DNA of 64,000 nucleotides. It comes from Pristiophorus japonicus (lineage: Eukaryota). Positions 46,601-59,690 of the stretch are shown here, one piece after another (positions within the stretch are counted from its first letter, which is position 1; each line of letters begins with the position of its first letter). The stretch spans positions 28,272,001 to 28,336,000 of the forward strand of contig NC_091990.1 in the NCBI RefSeq assembly GCF_044704955.1, read 5' to 3'. The notes beneath the pieces were generated by a model, which saw nothing but the letters and a program-made list of their open reading frames with translations, was not told the origin of the DNA and did not search any database. Both the position numbers and the translations under genes were made by a program.

Positions 46601-47430
46601 CCCCACTGACACCTGGGAGTCCCTGGCCAAAGACTGCCCTAAGTGGAGGAAGTGCATCCGGGAGGGAGCTGAGCACCTCGAGTCTCATCGCCGAGAGCAT
46701 GCAGAAACCAAGCGCAGGCAGCGGAAAGAACATGCTGCAAACCAGACTCCCCACCCAGCCTTTCCTTCAACCACTGTCTGTCCCACCTGTGACAAAGACT
46801 GTGGTTCTCATATTGGACTGATCAGCCACCTAAGTACCCATTTTTAGAGTGGAAGCAATCTTCCTCGAGTCCAAGGGACTGCCTATGATGATGAGAGTAC
46901 TGCGTACAGTTCTGGTCATCACATTACAGGAAGGATGTGATTGCATTAGAGCGGGTACAGAGGAAATGATCAAGGATGTTGCCAGAACTGGAGAATTTTA
47001 GCTATGACGAAAGATTGGGTAGGCTGGGGTTGTTTTCTTTTAAACATCGGAGGCCGAGGGGAGACTTGATTGAGATGTATAAAATTATGAGGGGCCTAGA
47101 TAGAGTGGGCAGGAAGGACCTGTTTCCCTTAGCAGAGCAGTCAATATCTTGGGGGCATAGATTTAAAGTAATTAGTAAAAGGATTCGAGGGAATTTGAGG
47201 AGAATGCATTTCACCCAGAGGGTGGCGAGGGTCTGGAACTCACCGCCTGAAAGGGTGGTAGTGGCAGAAACATTAATCACATTTAAAAAGTACTTGGATA
47301 TGCACGTGAAATGGTGCAAACCTACAGGTTTATGGAAAGTGGTATTAGGCTGGATAGCACCTTTTCTGCCAGCACAGACATGATGAGTCCAATGGCCTCC
47401 TTCGTTGCTGTAAATTTCTTTGATTCTATT
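43610..47430 (+). mobile_element. Old CR1 fragment (43610-43967 and 46894-47430) split by an RTE insertion
   Basis: LVRPLLEYC | VQFWSS continuity across the RTE. Confidence 0.85.
43968..46893 (+). mobile_element. RTE-clade LINE (EN+RT), decayed, with an internal second RTE 3' fragment
   Basis: ISAYAPT, LGDFN, NYRGISLLS, FFDLTKAFDTV, GVKQGC and QYVDD motifs; (ATG)n tail; TSD AGAGTACTGC (43958-43967 / 46894-46903). Confidence 0.93.
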
Positions 47431-47759
47431 CTATACTGCAATTTCTCTCTTCCATAACTCAATGCACATTTTAATGCAATGTAATGGATCATTGGGATGA
47501 CCAGCTGTATTACTAGATCCGTATTAAGTTTGATTCAATGAATCTAACCGTGGAATACACAAATGCTTTCCAGAAACATAGACTGACCCTTGTAAGTTGG
47601 TTAACTATGATTGCAAAACTGTATATTCCAATAACAAAATGCGTTGACCCAGGAATCATTAAAGTAAGCTTGGCTCGGCTGCACGGGACTACAGGGCTTG
47701 ATTAAAGTAATAAAACCATTGAGTGTTTTGGCTTGATGGAGACATTGTTTAATCTACAG

Positions 47760-47888
47760 GTGAGAATTTACATGCACAAGTACGAAACACACGAGGAAGA
47801 TAAGCTGCTGCGTAATTTGTACATAAAGTACAGGGATCTAATCGACACAGAACTCAATTATTTTGTAATTACTTACCCCTTGATGTAA
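47760..47888 (+). CDS. FBXO39: FBXO39 last coding exon (42 aa + stop)
   Basis: aatctacag|GTG AGA ATT TAC..: VRIYMHKYETHEEDKLLRNLYIKYRDLIDTELNYFVITYPLM*. Too short for the ORF track. Total CDS 441 aa. Confidence 0.93.
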   Translation: MRIYMHKYETHEEDKLLRNLYIKYRDLIDTELNYFVITYPLM

Positions 47889-47971
47889 AGGACAGCTCTA
47901 CTGAATGGAAGGCCCAACTATGATCCATTTAAACAGTTACAGGACCAATAAGTGTATTCGTCTGCCAGTCA

Positions 47972-47977
47972 AATAAA
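47972..47977 (+). terminator. Candidate poly(A) signal of FBXO39 (alternative AATAAA at 49203-49208)
   Basis: AATAAA ~84 nt after the stop codon. Confidence 0.5.
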
Positions 47978-49604
47978 ACCTTCAGAAACTACGATGTTAT
48001 CAGAGGTACCCAATGTGTAGGAATAACTTTACACCATTTATAATATAAAATATTTGTGTGGCAGTCTATTCCAGTCCTTATTATTGACATTGGGAAGCTG
48101 GCTGGAATTTAAGGTACAAAACACTGTGGCATTGAATCCAGTGGCTGTAGTATTTAATTGGGGTCAGTAATTAATGGTTGAGGTGGTACTGAAACATTTG
48201 CTGATGTCTGTGTGATTCTGCAATTGTATAGAACACATTGGGAGATCTCACTTTTTCTGAGTTCATTTTCTTTTCAACAGTACATGAAATACAAGAATTT
48301 ATGATGTATTATCAGACCTGCACGTTTTAATTGAGCTGTGCCAGCTAACCTCCAAGGCATTCTTAACATAGCGATGTTATCAGGCTATGAATATTTAAAC
48401 TGATTTTCACCCAAGATGCTCAGCTGTACAGATCTGCTGATACTTCTTAGAAAAATTGGAAACAAGTGACAATTGGTGAAAAGAGCAGGTATTAATGCAT
48501 GATAAAAGCAAATGTCCATAAAAGGAGTTTCTATTGAAGCAGATCGAAGCAGTACTTCAAAGCCCACATTTACCATATGTCCTTGTATCTTGTTTATTTA
48601 CTCATGGTCATAGCAAGTGCTTCAATGTGTGTTAATCTTGGATCTGGAAGGGGTTCTCAAATTGAATAAGCCCTGGGAGTTGAGGGTCACAAGTACAAAA
48701 AGACACTGCTTAACCAACATGGATTTCCATTCGGACAAATAAGACCAAGGAAATTCATTTGAAACCATGATAGTGTGGTGGCATAGCAGATTGAATGACA
48801 GGACGTGAGCAGGAGTCCAACATTCTCCACAAAGTTCCCAGTCTCAGTTGTACCATTGTGGAAATGCACAGAGCAGAGGCGTTACTTCTCCATAATGGAC
48901 AGGAAAAAGGTGTCACCCCCAAGTAGCTGCCTCACAATTCCTGGTGGGAAATAATTTAGTGCCTTTGGCAGAGGACATGAAATGTATCTGCAGTCTAGCC
49001 CAGGGATTACCTGGATACCTGATATGTTGAAGTAGCTGAATTAATTCAGCTCAGTATTTGGAGGAGGGGAGGAATGAAATGGCGAAATGCCAGCTTTAAA
49101 GCCAGAGACCAAGCACATGTTTCTAATTTTATAATCCAATCTGCTCTACTATTGCAGAGATTTGGTAGAATTTTATGATGTGTATCATGTTCATAAATTG
49201 CAAATAAAATATTTTTGATATTGTAAAATTGTCCTCTATTACTTCATATTAAGAATTAAAACATTTAAAGACAAACCTTTAATGAGTTTCCAATACTTTG
49301 AAATTACACTGTGGGATAGTACAGCAGAGAATTTCTGACACTAGATGGTGCTGGGTGCATACATGTAGATTTGACTGTGCACTTGATGTTGATTTGACTA
49401 TCATTCAAGGTTCTACCATGAACAGATTTTTATTGCATGTTACTTTTTCCCTGTCTGTACATCAAAAAAATAATGAAATGATTTACATAACTTATTGTGG
49501 CATCGTCATTCATCACCCTGCAGGAAAACAATTGATCCATCATCATCCATGATAAATATAATTTACTGTTTACTTTCAACATTAATTCTCATCAGGCTAC
49601 CATT

Positions 49605-49650
49605 TTATATATACACACACACAATTATATATATATATATATATATATAT
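49605..49650. repeat. (TA)n/(CA)n microsatellite
   Basis: Direct inspection. Confidence 0.9.
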
Positions 49651-50413
49651 GTGTGAAGTTGTTATCTTCCGTCTTTTGGACGACAGGTGATCTGGTCAGA
49701 TTGCTGCATGGTGCATGGTGCTCTACCCCAGAGAGCTGTGGAGGCTGGGTCATTGAATATATTTAAGGTGGACAGAGACAGATTTTTGAATGATAGGGGA
49801 GTCAAGGGTTATGGGGAATGGGCAGGAAACTGGAGTTGAAGCCAAGATCAGATCAGCCATGATCTTATTAAATGACGGAGCAGGCTTGAGGGACCAAATG
49901 GCCTACTCTTGCTCCTATTTCTTATGTTCTTGCTAGGAAACACCTAGGGACAATTCCATCTTTGGTGTTCTTTCCCTTTCTCACTCCAGGAAAGTAGCAG
50001 AGTTGTGATTTGCAGGGATGTAGCACTGCCTATCGCATCAGTATGCTTGCCCCCTCACTTCTATTATTCACCTTGCGCTTCTCTCTTTCCTGAAGAGAAG
50101 AGCAGTGTAGTGGGAAAGGCTACAGAGTACCTGCCCATGTTCATCGAAATGTAACCTTTTGGTGCTCTTCCTCGCTCACAACGGAGGCACTGGCTCTTGC
50201 ATTCAGTTCCACATAGAGTTCCCTCCGGTAACTCGCCCAACTTACCATTCTTCACATGCAAGTTCAGTGAGGGAATGATTTTAATTTGGGGCGGGATCGA
50301 TGTGTCGGGGGGCCCTAAGTGGGCTTTACACCGGGAAGTTGAAAAGCAAATTTTAACCACCGGGCTCATTATAAGCTTGGCAGGCTAGTTGGCCAATCGC
50401 ATTGACAGCCGGC

Positions 50414-53400
50414 TGTTATATATGTATACTTGCATTTACTCTGTACAGCCACCAGAGGGCTCATCCACTGGAGTCCCAAGGGATCCCATAATCCCTTGGG
50501 GGCATAGGTATATAAAGAGGCTTCACAGGTTGGAGAGGCACTCTGGAGACCTGCAATATAAGCTAAGATCACACTTTACTGTGAGCTCACAGTGATCAGT
50601 CTGACTCCTTCTCCATACACTACAACTGGCGACAAGATACAGATAGCGAACCCAAAGATGCAGAGAACAGTGGGCATCCTGGAGAAATTTTAGGAGGGAG
50701 ATGATTGGGAAACTTTTGTGGAGCAACTTGGCCAATACTTTGTGGCCAATGAGCTAGATGGGGAAGAGAGCGCTGCCAAATGTAGAGCGATCCACCTCAC
50801 CATCTGTGGGGCACCGATGTATGGCCTCATGAAGAATCTGCTCACTCCAACGAAACCCACGGAGAAATCGTACGACAATTTGTGCACACTGGTCCGAAAG
50901 CATTTGAACCCGAAGGAAAGTGTTCTGATGGCGAGGTACCGGTTCTACACCTACAAAAGGTCTGAATGCCAGGAAGTGGCGAGTTATGTCGCCGGGCTGA
51001 GACGCCTTGAAGGACATTGTGAATTTGAAGGACATTTGGAGCACATGCTCAGAGACTTTTTCGTACTTGGCATTGGCCAAGCTTTTGACTGTAGAGACCC
51101 CAACCTTGAGTAAGGCCATAGTGATAGCCCAGGCGTTCATTGCCACCAGTGACAATACGAAGCAAATCTCTCAGCACACAAGTGCTGCTACATATACTGT
51201 GAACAAAGTGATGTTGTTTTCGAATCGTAACATACAGGGCAGGTCACACATACCTGCAGCTACACGTTCGCAGATGTCTCAGAGTCCACCATCAAGGGTG
51301 ATGAATGCAAGGCCATTAACTCCTTGTTGGCGCTGCGGGGGTGATCATCGTTTCCGTTCATGCCGATTCAAAGAATACGTTTGCAAGGGCTGTGGAACAA
51401 TGGGACGCCTCCAACGAGTGTGCAGGCAAGCTGCTAAGCCTGTTAAACCTGCAAACCACCAGGTTACAGAGGAGGACAGATCCACGGAGGATCACTACAA
51501 ACCAGAGCCTCAGATAGAGGAGGCAGAGGTACATGGGGTGCACACATTCACCACGATTTGTCCCCTGATAATGCTGAATGTTGAACTAAATGGATTCCTG
51601 GTGTCAATGGAGCTGGGCGCGAGCCAGTCCATCATGGGCAAAAAGACTTTCGAAAGGTTGTGGTGCACCAAGGCCTCAAGGCCAGTCTTAACTCCAGTTT
51701 GCACGAGACTAAGAACTTACACAAAAGAACTGATTCCTGTAATCGGCAGTGCTACTGTAAAGGTCTCCTATGATGGAGCGGTGCACAAGCTACCATTCTG
51801 GGTGGTACTGGGCGATGGTCCCACGCTGCTCGGCAAGAGCTGGCTGGGAAAGATACGCTGGAACTGGGACGACGTCCGAGCGCTATCGCCCGCTGACGAC
51901 ACTTCGTGTGCCCAGGTCTTAAACAAATTTCCTTCGCTGTTCGAGCCAGGCATTGGGAAATTCCAAGGAGCAAAAGTGCAGATCCACTTAACTCCGGGGG
52001 TGTGACCCATCCATCACAAGGCGAGAGCAGTACCGTACATGATGAGAGAAAGGATAGAGATCGAGCTAGACCGGCTACAACGAGAGGGCATCATTTCACC
52101 AATCGGGTTCAGCGAGTGGGCCAGTCCCATTGTCCCAGCCCTCAAGGAAGACGGTACCGTCAGAATCTGTGGCGATTACAAAGTAACTATCAATTGTTTC
52201 TCCCTGCAGGACCAATACCCCTACCAAAAGCCGACGATCTCTTTGCAACGCTGGCGGGAGGAAAGAAGCTGGATCTGACTTCAGCCTACATGACGCAGGA
52301 ACTGGAGGAATCATCGAAGGCCCTCACTTGCATCAACACGCACAAAGGTTTTTTTGTTTATAACAGATGCCCGTTTGGAATCCAATCAGCGGCGGCGATA
52401 TTCCAGAGAAACATAGAAAGTTTACTGAAGTCGGTCCCACACACTGTGGTCTTCCAGGACAACATCTTGGTCACAGGTCTGAACACAGCCGAGCATCTGC
52501 AGAACCAAGAGGAGGTTGTTAGTCGACTCAACTGCGAGGGGCTCAGGTTAAAACGCTTGAAGTGCGTTTTCCTGGCACCTGAAGTGGAGTTCCTGGGAAG
52601 GAGGATTGCAGCAGACAGCCTCAGGCCCACCAACACGTAGACGAAGGCAATCGAGAACGCAACGAGGCCACAGAACGTAACGGAGCTGCGGTCGTTTCTG
52701 GGACTCCTGAATTACTTTGGTAACTTCTTACCGGGTCTCAGTACATTGCTAGAACCATTACATGTCTTACTACGAAAAGGGGGCGAATGAGTTTGGGGCA
52801 AAAGCCAAGAAAATGCCTTTGTAAAAGCGAGAAAATTGTTATGCTCAAACAAATTGCTTGTGTTGTATGATCCATGTAAGCGTTTGGTACTTGCATGTGA
52901 TGCGTCGTCATATGGCGTCGGGTATGTATTGCAACAAGCTAATGATTTCGGGAAACTGCAACCGGTTGCTTATGCATCCAGGAGTCTGTCCAAGGCTGAG
53001 GGAGCCTACAGCATGATTGAAAAAGAAGCGTTAGCGTGTGTCTATGGGGTAAAGAAAATGCATCAATACCTGTTTGGGCTAAAATTCGAATTGGAAACTG
53101 ACCATATGCCACTTATATCCTTGTTTTCCGAGAGTAAAGGGATAAATACCAACGCATCGGCCCACATCCAGAGATGGGCGCTGACATTGTCCGCATACAA
53201 CTACGCCAGCCGCCACAGGCCAGGCACAGAAAACTGCGCCGATGCTCTCAGCAGGCTGCCATTGCCCACCACGGGGGTGGAAATGGCGCAGCCCGCAGAT
53301 CTAGCCATGGTTATGGAAGCATTTGAGAGTGAGCAATCACCCGTCACTGCCCGGCAGATCAAAAGCTGGACAAGCCAGAACCCCGTATTATCTCTAGTCA

Positions 53401-54940
53401 AAAGCTGTGTGCTTCACGGGAGCTGGTCCAGTGTCCCAGTGGAAATGCAAGAAGAGATAAAGCCGTTCCAGCGGCACAAAGATGAAATGTCTATACAGGC
53501 AGACTGCCTTCTATGGGGCAATCGCGTAGTGGTCCCCAAGAAGGGCAGAGAGACCTTCATCAATGACCTCCACAGTATCCACCCAGGCATCGTAATGATG
53601 AAAGCGATAGCCAGATCCCACATGTGGTGGCCCGGTATCGATACGGCTGCATTCACTGCTTAATTGCGAGCATGTATTACATCTATGTACCCAGGGAGGT
53701 GCTGTTAAGTTTATGGTCTTGGCCCTCCAACCGTGGTCTAGGTACACGTCGACTATGCAGGCCTGTTCTTGGGTAAAATGTTCCTTGTGGTTGTAGACGC
53801 GTACTCCAAGTGGATTGAATGTGAGATAATGTCGGCTATCACGTCTGCTGCCACCACTGAAAGACTGCGGGCCATGTTTGCCACACACGGCTTACCTGAT
53901 GTCCTGGTGAGCGACAACAAGCCATGTTTTACCAGTGCTGAGTTCAAAAAATTCATGACCCGCAACTGGATCAAACATGTCACATCTGCCCTGTTTAAAC
54001 CAGCATCCAATGGTCAGGCAGAGAGCGTAGTGCAAACCATCAAGCAAAGCTTGAAGAGGGTAACTGAAGGCCCACTGCAGACTCGCCTATCCCAAGTCCT
54101 GCTTAGCTACCGCATGCGACCCCACTCACTCACTGGGATCCCACCTGCTGAACTGCTCATGAAAAGAGCATTAAGACAAGGCTCGTTAGTTCACCCTAAT
54201 TTTCATGAACAGGTAGAGAGTAGGCGGCTTCAACAAAGTGCATACCATGATAGCGCAAATGTGTCACGTGTGATTGAAGTCAATGATCCTGTATTTGTAT
54301 TAAATTATGGACAAGGTCCCAAGTGGCTTCCCGGCACTGTCATGGCCAAAGAGGGGAGCAGGGTGTTTTGGGTCAAACTTTCAAATGGACTCATTCACCG
54401 GAAACACTTGGACCAAATCAAACTCAGATTCACGGACTATCCTGAGCAACCCACCTTGGACCCTATCTTTTTTGATCCCCCAATATACACACCAGTGGCA
54501 ACCAGCACCACTGTTGACCACGAAGCAGAACCCATCATCCACAGCCCTGCAGGGCCCAACACAGCAGGCAGCCCCGCAATGCCAGCTGCACAGCAGCCCA
54601 GCGAGGGCCCAACAAATGATTCAACAATACCAGCTTTCACACCGAGACGATCAACCAGAGCAAGAAGGGCCCCAGATCGACTCACATTGTAAATAGTTAC
54701 ACTATTGACTTTGGGGGTGGGGGAGTGTTGATATATATGTATACTTGCATTTACTGTATACAGCCACCAGAGGGCTCATCCCCTGGAGTCCCAAGGGATC
54801 CCATAATCCCTTGTGAGCACAGGTATTTAAGGAGACCTCACAGGTTGGAGTGGCATTCTGAAGACCTGCACTAAAAGACTAAGGTCACACTTTGCTTTGA
54901 GCTCACAGTGTTCAATCTGACTCCTTCTCCATACACGACA
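50414..54940 (+). mobile_element. Gypsy (Mag-like) LTR retrotransposon 2, full-length but decayed
   Basis: LTRs 50414-50624 and 54726-54940 (TG..CA); PBS TGGCGACAAGAT at 50627; PPT gggggtgggggag before 54726; TSD CCGGC/CAGGC; gag with CCHC knuckles, RT, RNase H and integrase in frameshifted ORFs. Confidence 0.96.
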
Positions 54941-55179
54941 CAGGCTGCCCATTTATACCACGCAATTTCCGACCAGACACCCGGCCATTACGCCTGTTAA
55001 AGGGAGGTTGCATTCACTCAATTTTAAGATTGCTTTTGGCTTCCATAATTGTGATATATTCTTACGATATCTCCAAAGCACACACAAGGCTCCATTACAT
55101 CATGTGACTTTTTTTGTGTTCTACAGCAGTAGTTGCATTACCACAGTAGTCCACTAGGTGACTTTGGTGCTTCTGGGAG

Positions 55180-55445
55180 ATGGCTGGAAAGCGTGGGGTA
55201 AGGTTGACCCCCCAGGGTTTTCTGATGCCTCTTTGGAAGGTGTCTCACAGCAGTCAGCACCAGCAAGATTGGGGGGTGTGGGGGGGGAGTGCTGTTCCCA
55301 CAAAATGGCAAGAGGATGCTCAGCAATGTCAGCATGAAAGCCTGGTGTGGAGGTGGCAAAGGAAGTTAGCAGCAGAAGCTGCGCCCCCAACGACCTGGAT
55401 CCAGTGCTGCAAGAAATTCAATGGCTACACTAGATCAGTCGAGGT
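55180..55445 (+). pseudogene. Harbinger Myb/SANT-like partner ORF remnant (element hosting Gypsy 2)
   Basis: Frameshifted P.FSDASLEGV and TTWIQCCKKFN, followed by a gag|gtcagt donor; typical of the Harbinger MADF/Myb protein N-terminus. Confidence 0.6.
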
Positions 55446-55956
55446 CAGTTCACCTTCTCCAGCCCTTGCATTGCACCTGATCACAGTCCTTCTCCACCCT
55501 CCTCCACCATTCAGACCAATCACCACCACGGCATCACTTTCCCTTACATCCAATCCCGAGAGCACACAATACAGGCGCCTTTGCTCACTCCGAACTCACA
55601 CTTACCTGTTGGCTTCCCTGCTCCCACTAATGGCCAGCTCTTCACACCTACTCGCAAACAAGTGCCCCCTGCCAGCACCCCTTCCTCAATTCACACTCGG
55701 GACACTCACTTCCCACTCAGGACTTCACCATTCTCTCAGCATCTTGCTTCTTTCTCCCCTCAAGTGCAAGCCCCACGCATCTCCACTTGCCTTCTAGGTA
55801 GCCACTCACAACTCTCTCCTCTCGCTCTGCACAAGAGAGCGCACATTACTAGGAAGAGAAGCAAGACCGGGGTGGGGGGAGGACCTGCCCTTAACCCAGG
55901 GAGAGCAGAACACACTGGAAATAACAGCATCGACCATTGGAGATGGTGAGATTGTC

Positions 55957-56022
55957 AACTGTACCCTCTCATGTACCAACAATTGTACCCTCTCGTACCA
56001 ACTGTACCTTCTCATGTACCAA
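55957..56022. repeat. Short tandem repeat, about 3 x AACTGTACCCTCTCATGTACC
   Basis: Direct inspection. Confidence 0.8.
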
Positions 56023-56634
56023 TAACTGAGTGAAGCTTTTCATGAACAAGTATCCAGCCTTTCATCGCCATTCTAACTCTTGACCCGTTCCTCTCTGTCC
56101 TTCTCAGCAACAAGAACCTGCTGAAGACACCTTGGAGGACGACATCACTTCCGAGGATTCACCCTCGCGTGCTAGATCCTTCCCAAGGATCTGTGCAGAC
56201 ATTGGCAGAGCTCCTCAGTAGGGGATATGTTAAAATTATTCATTAAAATTTAGACCAAGAATGAAAGTAATCTAAAGGCGAACCTTCAAGCTAACTTCTG
56301 TTTCCAAAACAGAGTGAAAATATCCTTCCTGAAATCCATGTTTAAAGAGGTTGGAATCCAAATCTGCCGTTACTGTGAAAATTGCAGCCTCAGCTCTCTT
56401 TCCACAAACATTAAAACTGCGGATTTCCTTGCCTGCCTCAGACCTTTAAAACCCAACATGGAAGTCACACAATCGTACTTCCTTACTTGCCTCCAGTGCT
56501 CTGAGCTTGGATCTTCCACCTATGTCTTTCATTTAAGAAAACAATCTGTATTTAACACTCCCTCAAAGAACTGCTGTTGAGTTTTAGAATGAGCAAAAAT
56601 CCTAGAATGATCGACAATATCAGTGATTTAGTGT

Positions 56635-56640
56635 TTTATT
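56635..56640 (-). terminator. Candidate poly(A) signal of the MFSD2A-like gene
   Basis: AATAAA on the minus strand ~305 nt after the stop, in an AT-rich 3'UTR. Confidence 0.55.
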
Positions 56641-56945
56641 GACAACTAATATTTTAATTCAAATATACAGTACATTAGGATTTTTATATAAATTTACATT
56701 ATACTAAGCTTTCTGTACAGCAATTTTTAAATTAGAACATACATAATGTACACTGTACAAATCCTGCGCTCAGTATGAACAGAATGTAAATGCGTTATAC
56801 AATGGTAAGAAGTTAGCTTGAATCCATTTATGTCTGGACTTTTGTCTTGTTTGGATGATGTGGCTCTCACATTATAATGTTATGTACACTGTACACAAAT
56901 CTCAAGCTCAAATTGTTGTTAAGTGTGTGAACATTCGGCCATTTG

Positions 56946-57000
56946 TTATACAATGGTGCAGCGTTCATTTGATTCTGTTTCTGTGTCTTGACTATTGTCT
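56946..57000 (-). CDS. MFSD2A: MFSD2A-like, last coding exon ((R)DNSQDTETESNERCTIV*)
   Basis: ttttctcctttgcag| acceptor, phase 2 compatible; resembles the MFSD2A SETDSTELASIL tail. Confidence 0.8.
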
Positions 57001-58112
57001 CTGCAAAGGAGAAAATAAAAGAACAATGACAAGAGGTATTCACTCAGAGCAAGAAATGGAGTTGCAAGAGAACCTCTTAAAGCCAGATGCGGTTCTGCCA
57101 TACTTGTCCTTCGGTTGCTGTGGAATCCTCCCTTCCCATCTCCCCTATTTATATTGTGTACTCGATTCTACATCAATCACCACAGCCAAACTGAGCACAC
57201 CCAAACACGCAGAGTTCTCCGCATGCTGTAAATCATGATCAATGACTGGTCGAGCCCAGAAAGAGCCAGCGATGCAGCAGTCAGGCTAAGCCACTGGAAG
57301 CAGAATTTCTGCTTAGGCAGTCCCTCGGAGTCGAGTATGACTTGCTTAAACACCAACGTGAGTTCTAAGGTGGCCTTCTTCAGTGTGGCAGTGCAGCCTT
57401 CGGTCGCCTGAGGAAAAGTGTTTGAAGACCAAGATCTCAAACCTGGCACCAAGCTCATGGTCTACAGCGCAGTAGTGATTCCCGCCCTCCTTTATGTTTC
57501 AGAGACATGAAGCAGCATTTATTTGCTGCATCGGGGCTTTCCTGGTTCTAGCGACACGAGTGAAAACCACCTCTTTAAATTAGCCCCAGTACCAAAGTCA
57601 GGCTAGCCACATTATGCAAAGCACTAAAATCACAGTAGAACTAAAGTTCTGTGGCTTAACAATACCAAAACAAAATGGGTTTTCTTTGCTCTTGAGTCAC
57701 CATCACATCAGAAAGTCCGATCGAATGATTAATTGGAAGCATCATCCGAATTATAGTGAGATACAATTGTGACCAGAGCTTCATTCTCTACACGGTGTGG
57801 TGTACTTGCATTCATTCAGCCTCTGACCATGTGTCACCTGTGAGGAGCAGGGTCAGATCTTTACCAGGCCACTAGGCAGGTCTAATTACAAACGCAGAGT
57901 GTTATTGTGCACACTCCCCTGAAATTCACTGATATGTAGAAGAACTCTCAGGTGAAGGACATTCCCTCTCTTCTCTTGTGTGCGTCTACATTGGAGCATT
58001 ATCAGAAGATTTTTCTTTGAAATGCAGCCTCCAGGGAAGGATCCATTTTTGATGTCATAACGTGTTTTAATTTCTTATGTAGATTGTCCAAGTATTTACT
58101 TGAGAAATATTA

Positions 58113-58734
58113 GTTTGGATATTGCGGTCAGCGGCAAATGAGCGGCCTGGGACCTATGTGAACAGGGCAAGCAATGGTGTCTCCTTAACCAATTAGATTG
58201 AAGAATCCTTACTGAGCCACGCAGAGTCTAAACCAGGAAGTATTAGAATAGTTAATTCAATGTCAAATCATGTACAGAAAGCAAAATAAAAAGAGGGAAA
58301 GGAATGGGATTAAGAGAGATAAAAGAGACAGAAAGAAAAAGTAGAAAAAAAATAATATTTTTTAAATTCTCCATCGATAATTAAAATCTGAAGGAAAAGA
58401 TTGTAAGAGTTAATTTTCAGTGCCAGAGAGATTGTTTGGCAATAATTAATACTAGTCACGCTGTTAAAAATTCACTTACTCTTGAATTGACAAGCATTAA
58501 CTTTTTCTAGCGTTTCAGTGTGTATGTACCTCAACCTCACGCCGTTCCACGTGTTTGAATACAGAGTCTCTCGGTGAGATACTGTTAGAGCAAAACTTCT
58601 GGAGGAGCAGGGCAACTTGGACAGCCTGATTTCCGTGTTTAACTGTACATGTGCGGTCGCTGGTACCCAATTTACTCTTTAATAATGGTGAGCGCTGATC
58701 GCCTCAGTTATTTTTAACAGCAAAATCCGGGCCT
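58113..58734. mobile_element. Probable MITE
   Basis: Imperfect TIR gtttggatattgc / gcaaaatccgggcc with TA-containing flanks. Confidence 0.45.
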
Positions 58735-58858
58735 ATATAGTCTACAGTGGTGTTAGCATCAGAAACCCAGCCCTCTGGTCTGTGTCCTCAGACAAGGGGA
58801 CAGGGAAGATGTCAGCCAGGATAGAAAGGCAAACGCAAGATTTTCTTTATCAACTCAC

Positions 58859-59035
58859 CGTAAATCTGTAAGTGCTTTCCTGTTCTTCATTCTAATCTCC
58901 TCATCAATTGGGTATAATTTAAAAAGAATCAGTCCAAGTATAATTAGGAAAATGGGCGCTGGAGCAACCAACATCTTCAGGGTGAAGTGGACTGCAGCAG
59001 GCTGGGCGCATCCCCGAGTCTTATAACCTGCAAAA
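58859..59035 (-). CDS. MFSD2A: MFSD2A-like Na+/LPC symporter, penultimate exon (177 nt)
   Basis: cccacag|..FAGYKTRGCAQPAAVHFTLKMLVAPAPIFLIILGLILFKLYPIDEEIRMKNRKALTDLR|gtgagt. Confidence 0.92.
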
Positions 59036-59210
59036 CTGTGGGAGAGAAAGATAATGAGAAAGTAGTTCCAGGAATGGCCAGGAGTGTCAGGCTGGTCACG
59101 AGATAGGCCTCGCCGACCATATTGTGGTTTAGAAGAAATCTAGATCATTAAAATAAAAAGACAATTGTCACTCATTCAGGAAGTGACTGAATTTGCTGCC
59201 AAGCAAACGT

Positions 59211-59690
59211 TTTTTTAAATTCACTCAGGAGATGTGGGAGTCGCTGGCAAAGCCAGCATTTATTGCCCATACTTATTTGCCCTGGAGAAGATGGTGGTAA
59301 GCCGCCTTCTTGAACCGCTGCAGTCCGTGGGCTGAAGGTCTTTTTTGTAGCGGTTTGATACAACAGAGTGACTTGCTAGGCCATTTCAGAGAGCAGTTAA
59401 GAGCCAACCACATTGCTATGGTTCTGGAGTCACATGTAGGCCCCAGACCGGGTAAGGACGGCAGATTTCCATCCCTGAAGGACATCAGTGAACCAGATGG
59501 GGTTTTACAACAATCCGGTGGTTTCACGGTCACCATTACTGATACTAGCTTTTTAATTCCAGATTTATTTAATTAACTGAATTTTTAAATTCCCCAGCTG
59601 CCATAGTGGGATTTGAACTCCTGTCTCTGGATCATTAGTCCAGGCCTCTAGATTACTAGTCCAGTAACATAACCACTATGCTACCATACC
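59211..59690 (-). mobile_element. HE1-like tRNA-derived SINE, near full length
   Basis: Minus-strand A box TAGCATAGTGGTTA and B box GAGTTCAAATCC near 59610-59685, with an A-rich tail. Confidence 0.75.

Noticed and set aside
55957-56022. CRISPR-like repeat array
   Set aside because: Simple tandem repeat without unique spacers, in eukaryotic DNA.
59600-59690. tRNA gene
   Set aside because: The A/B boxes are the head of a SINE; no full cloverleaf.
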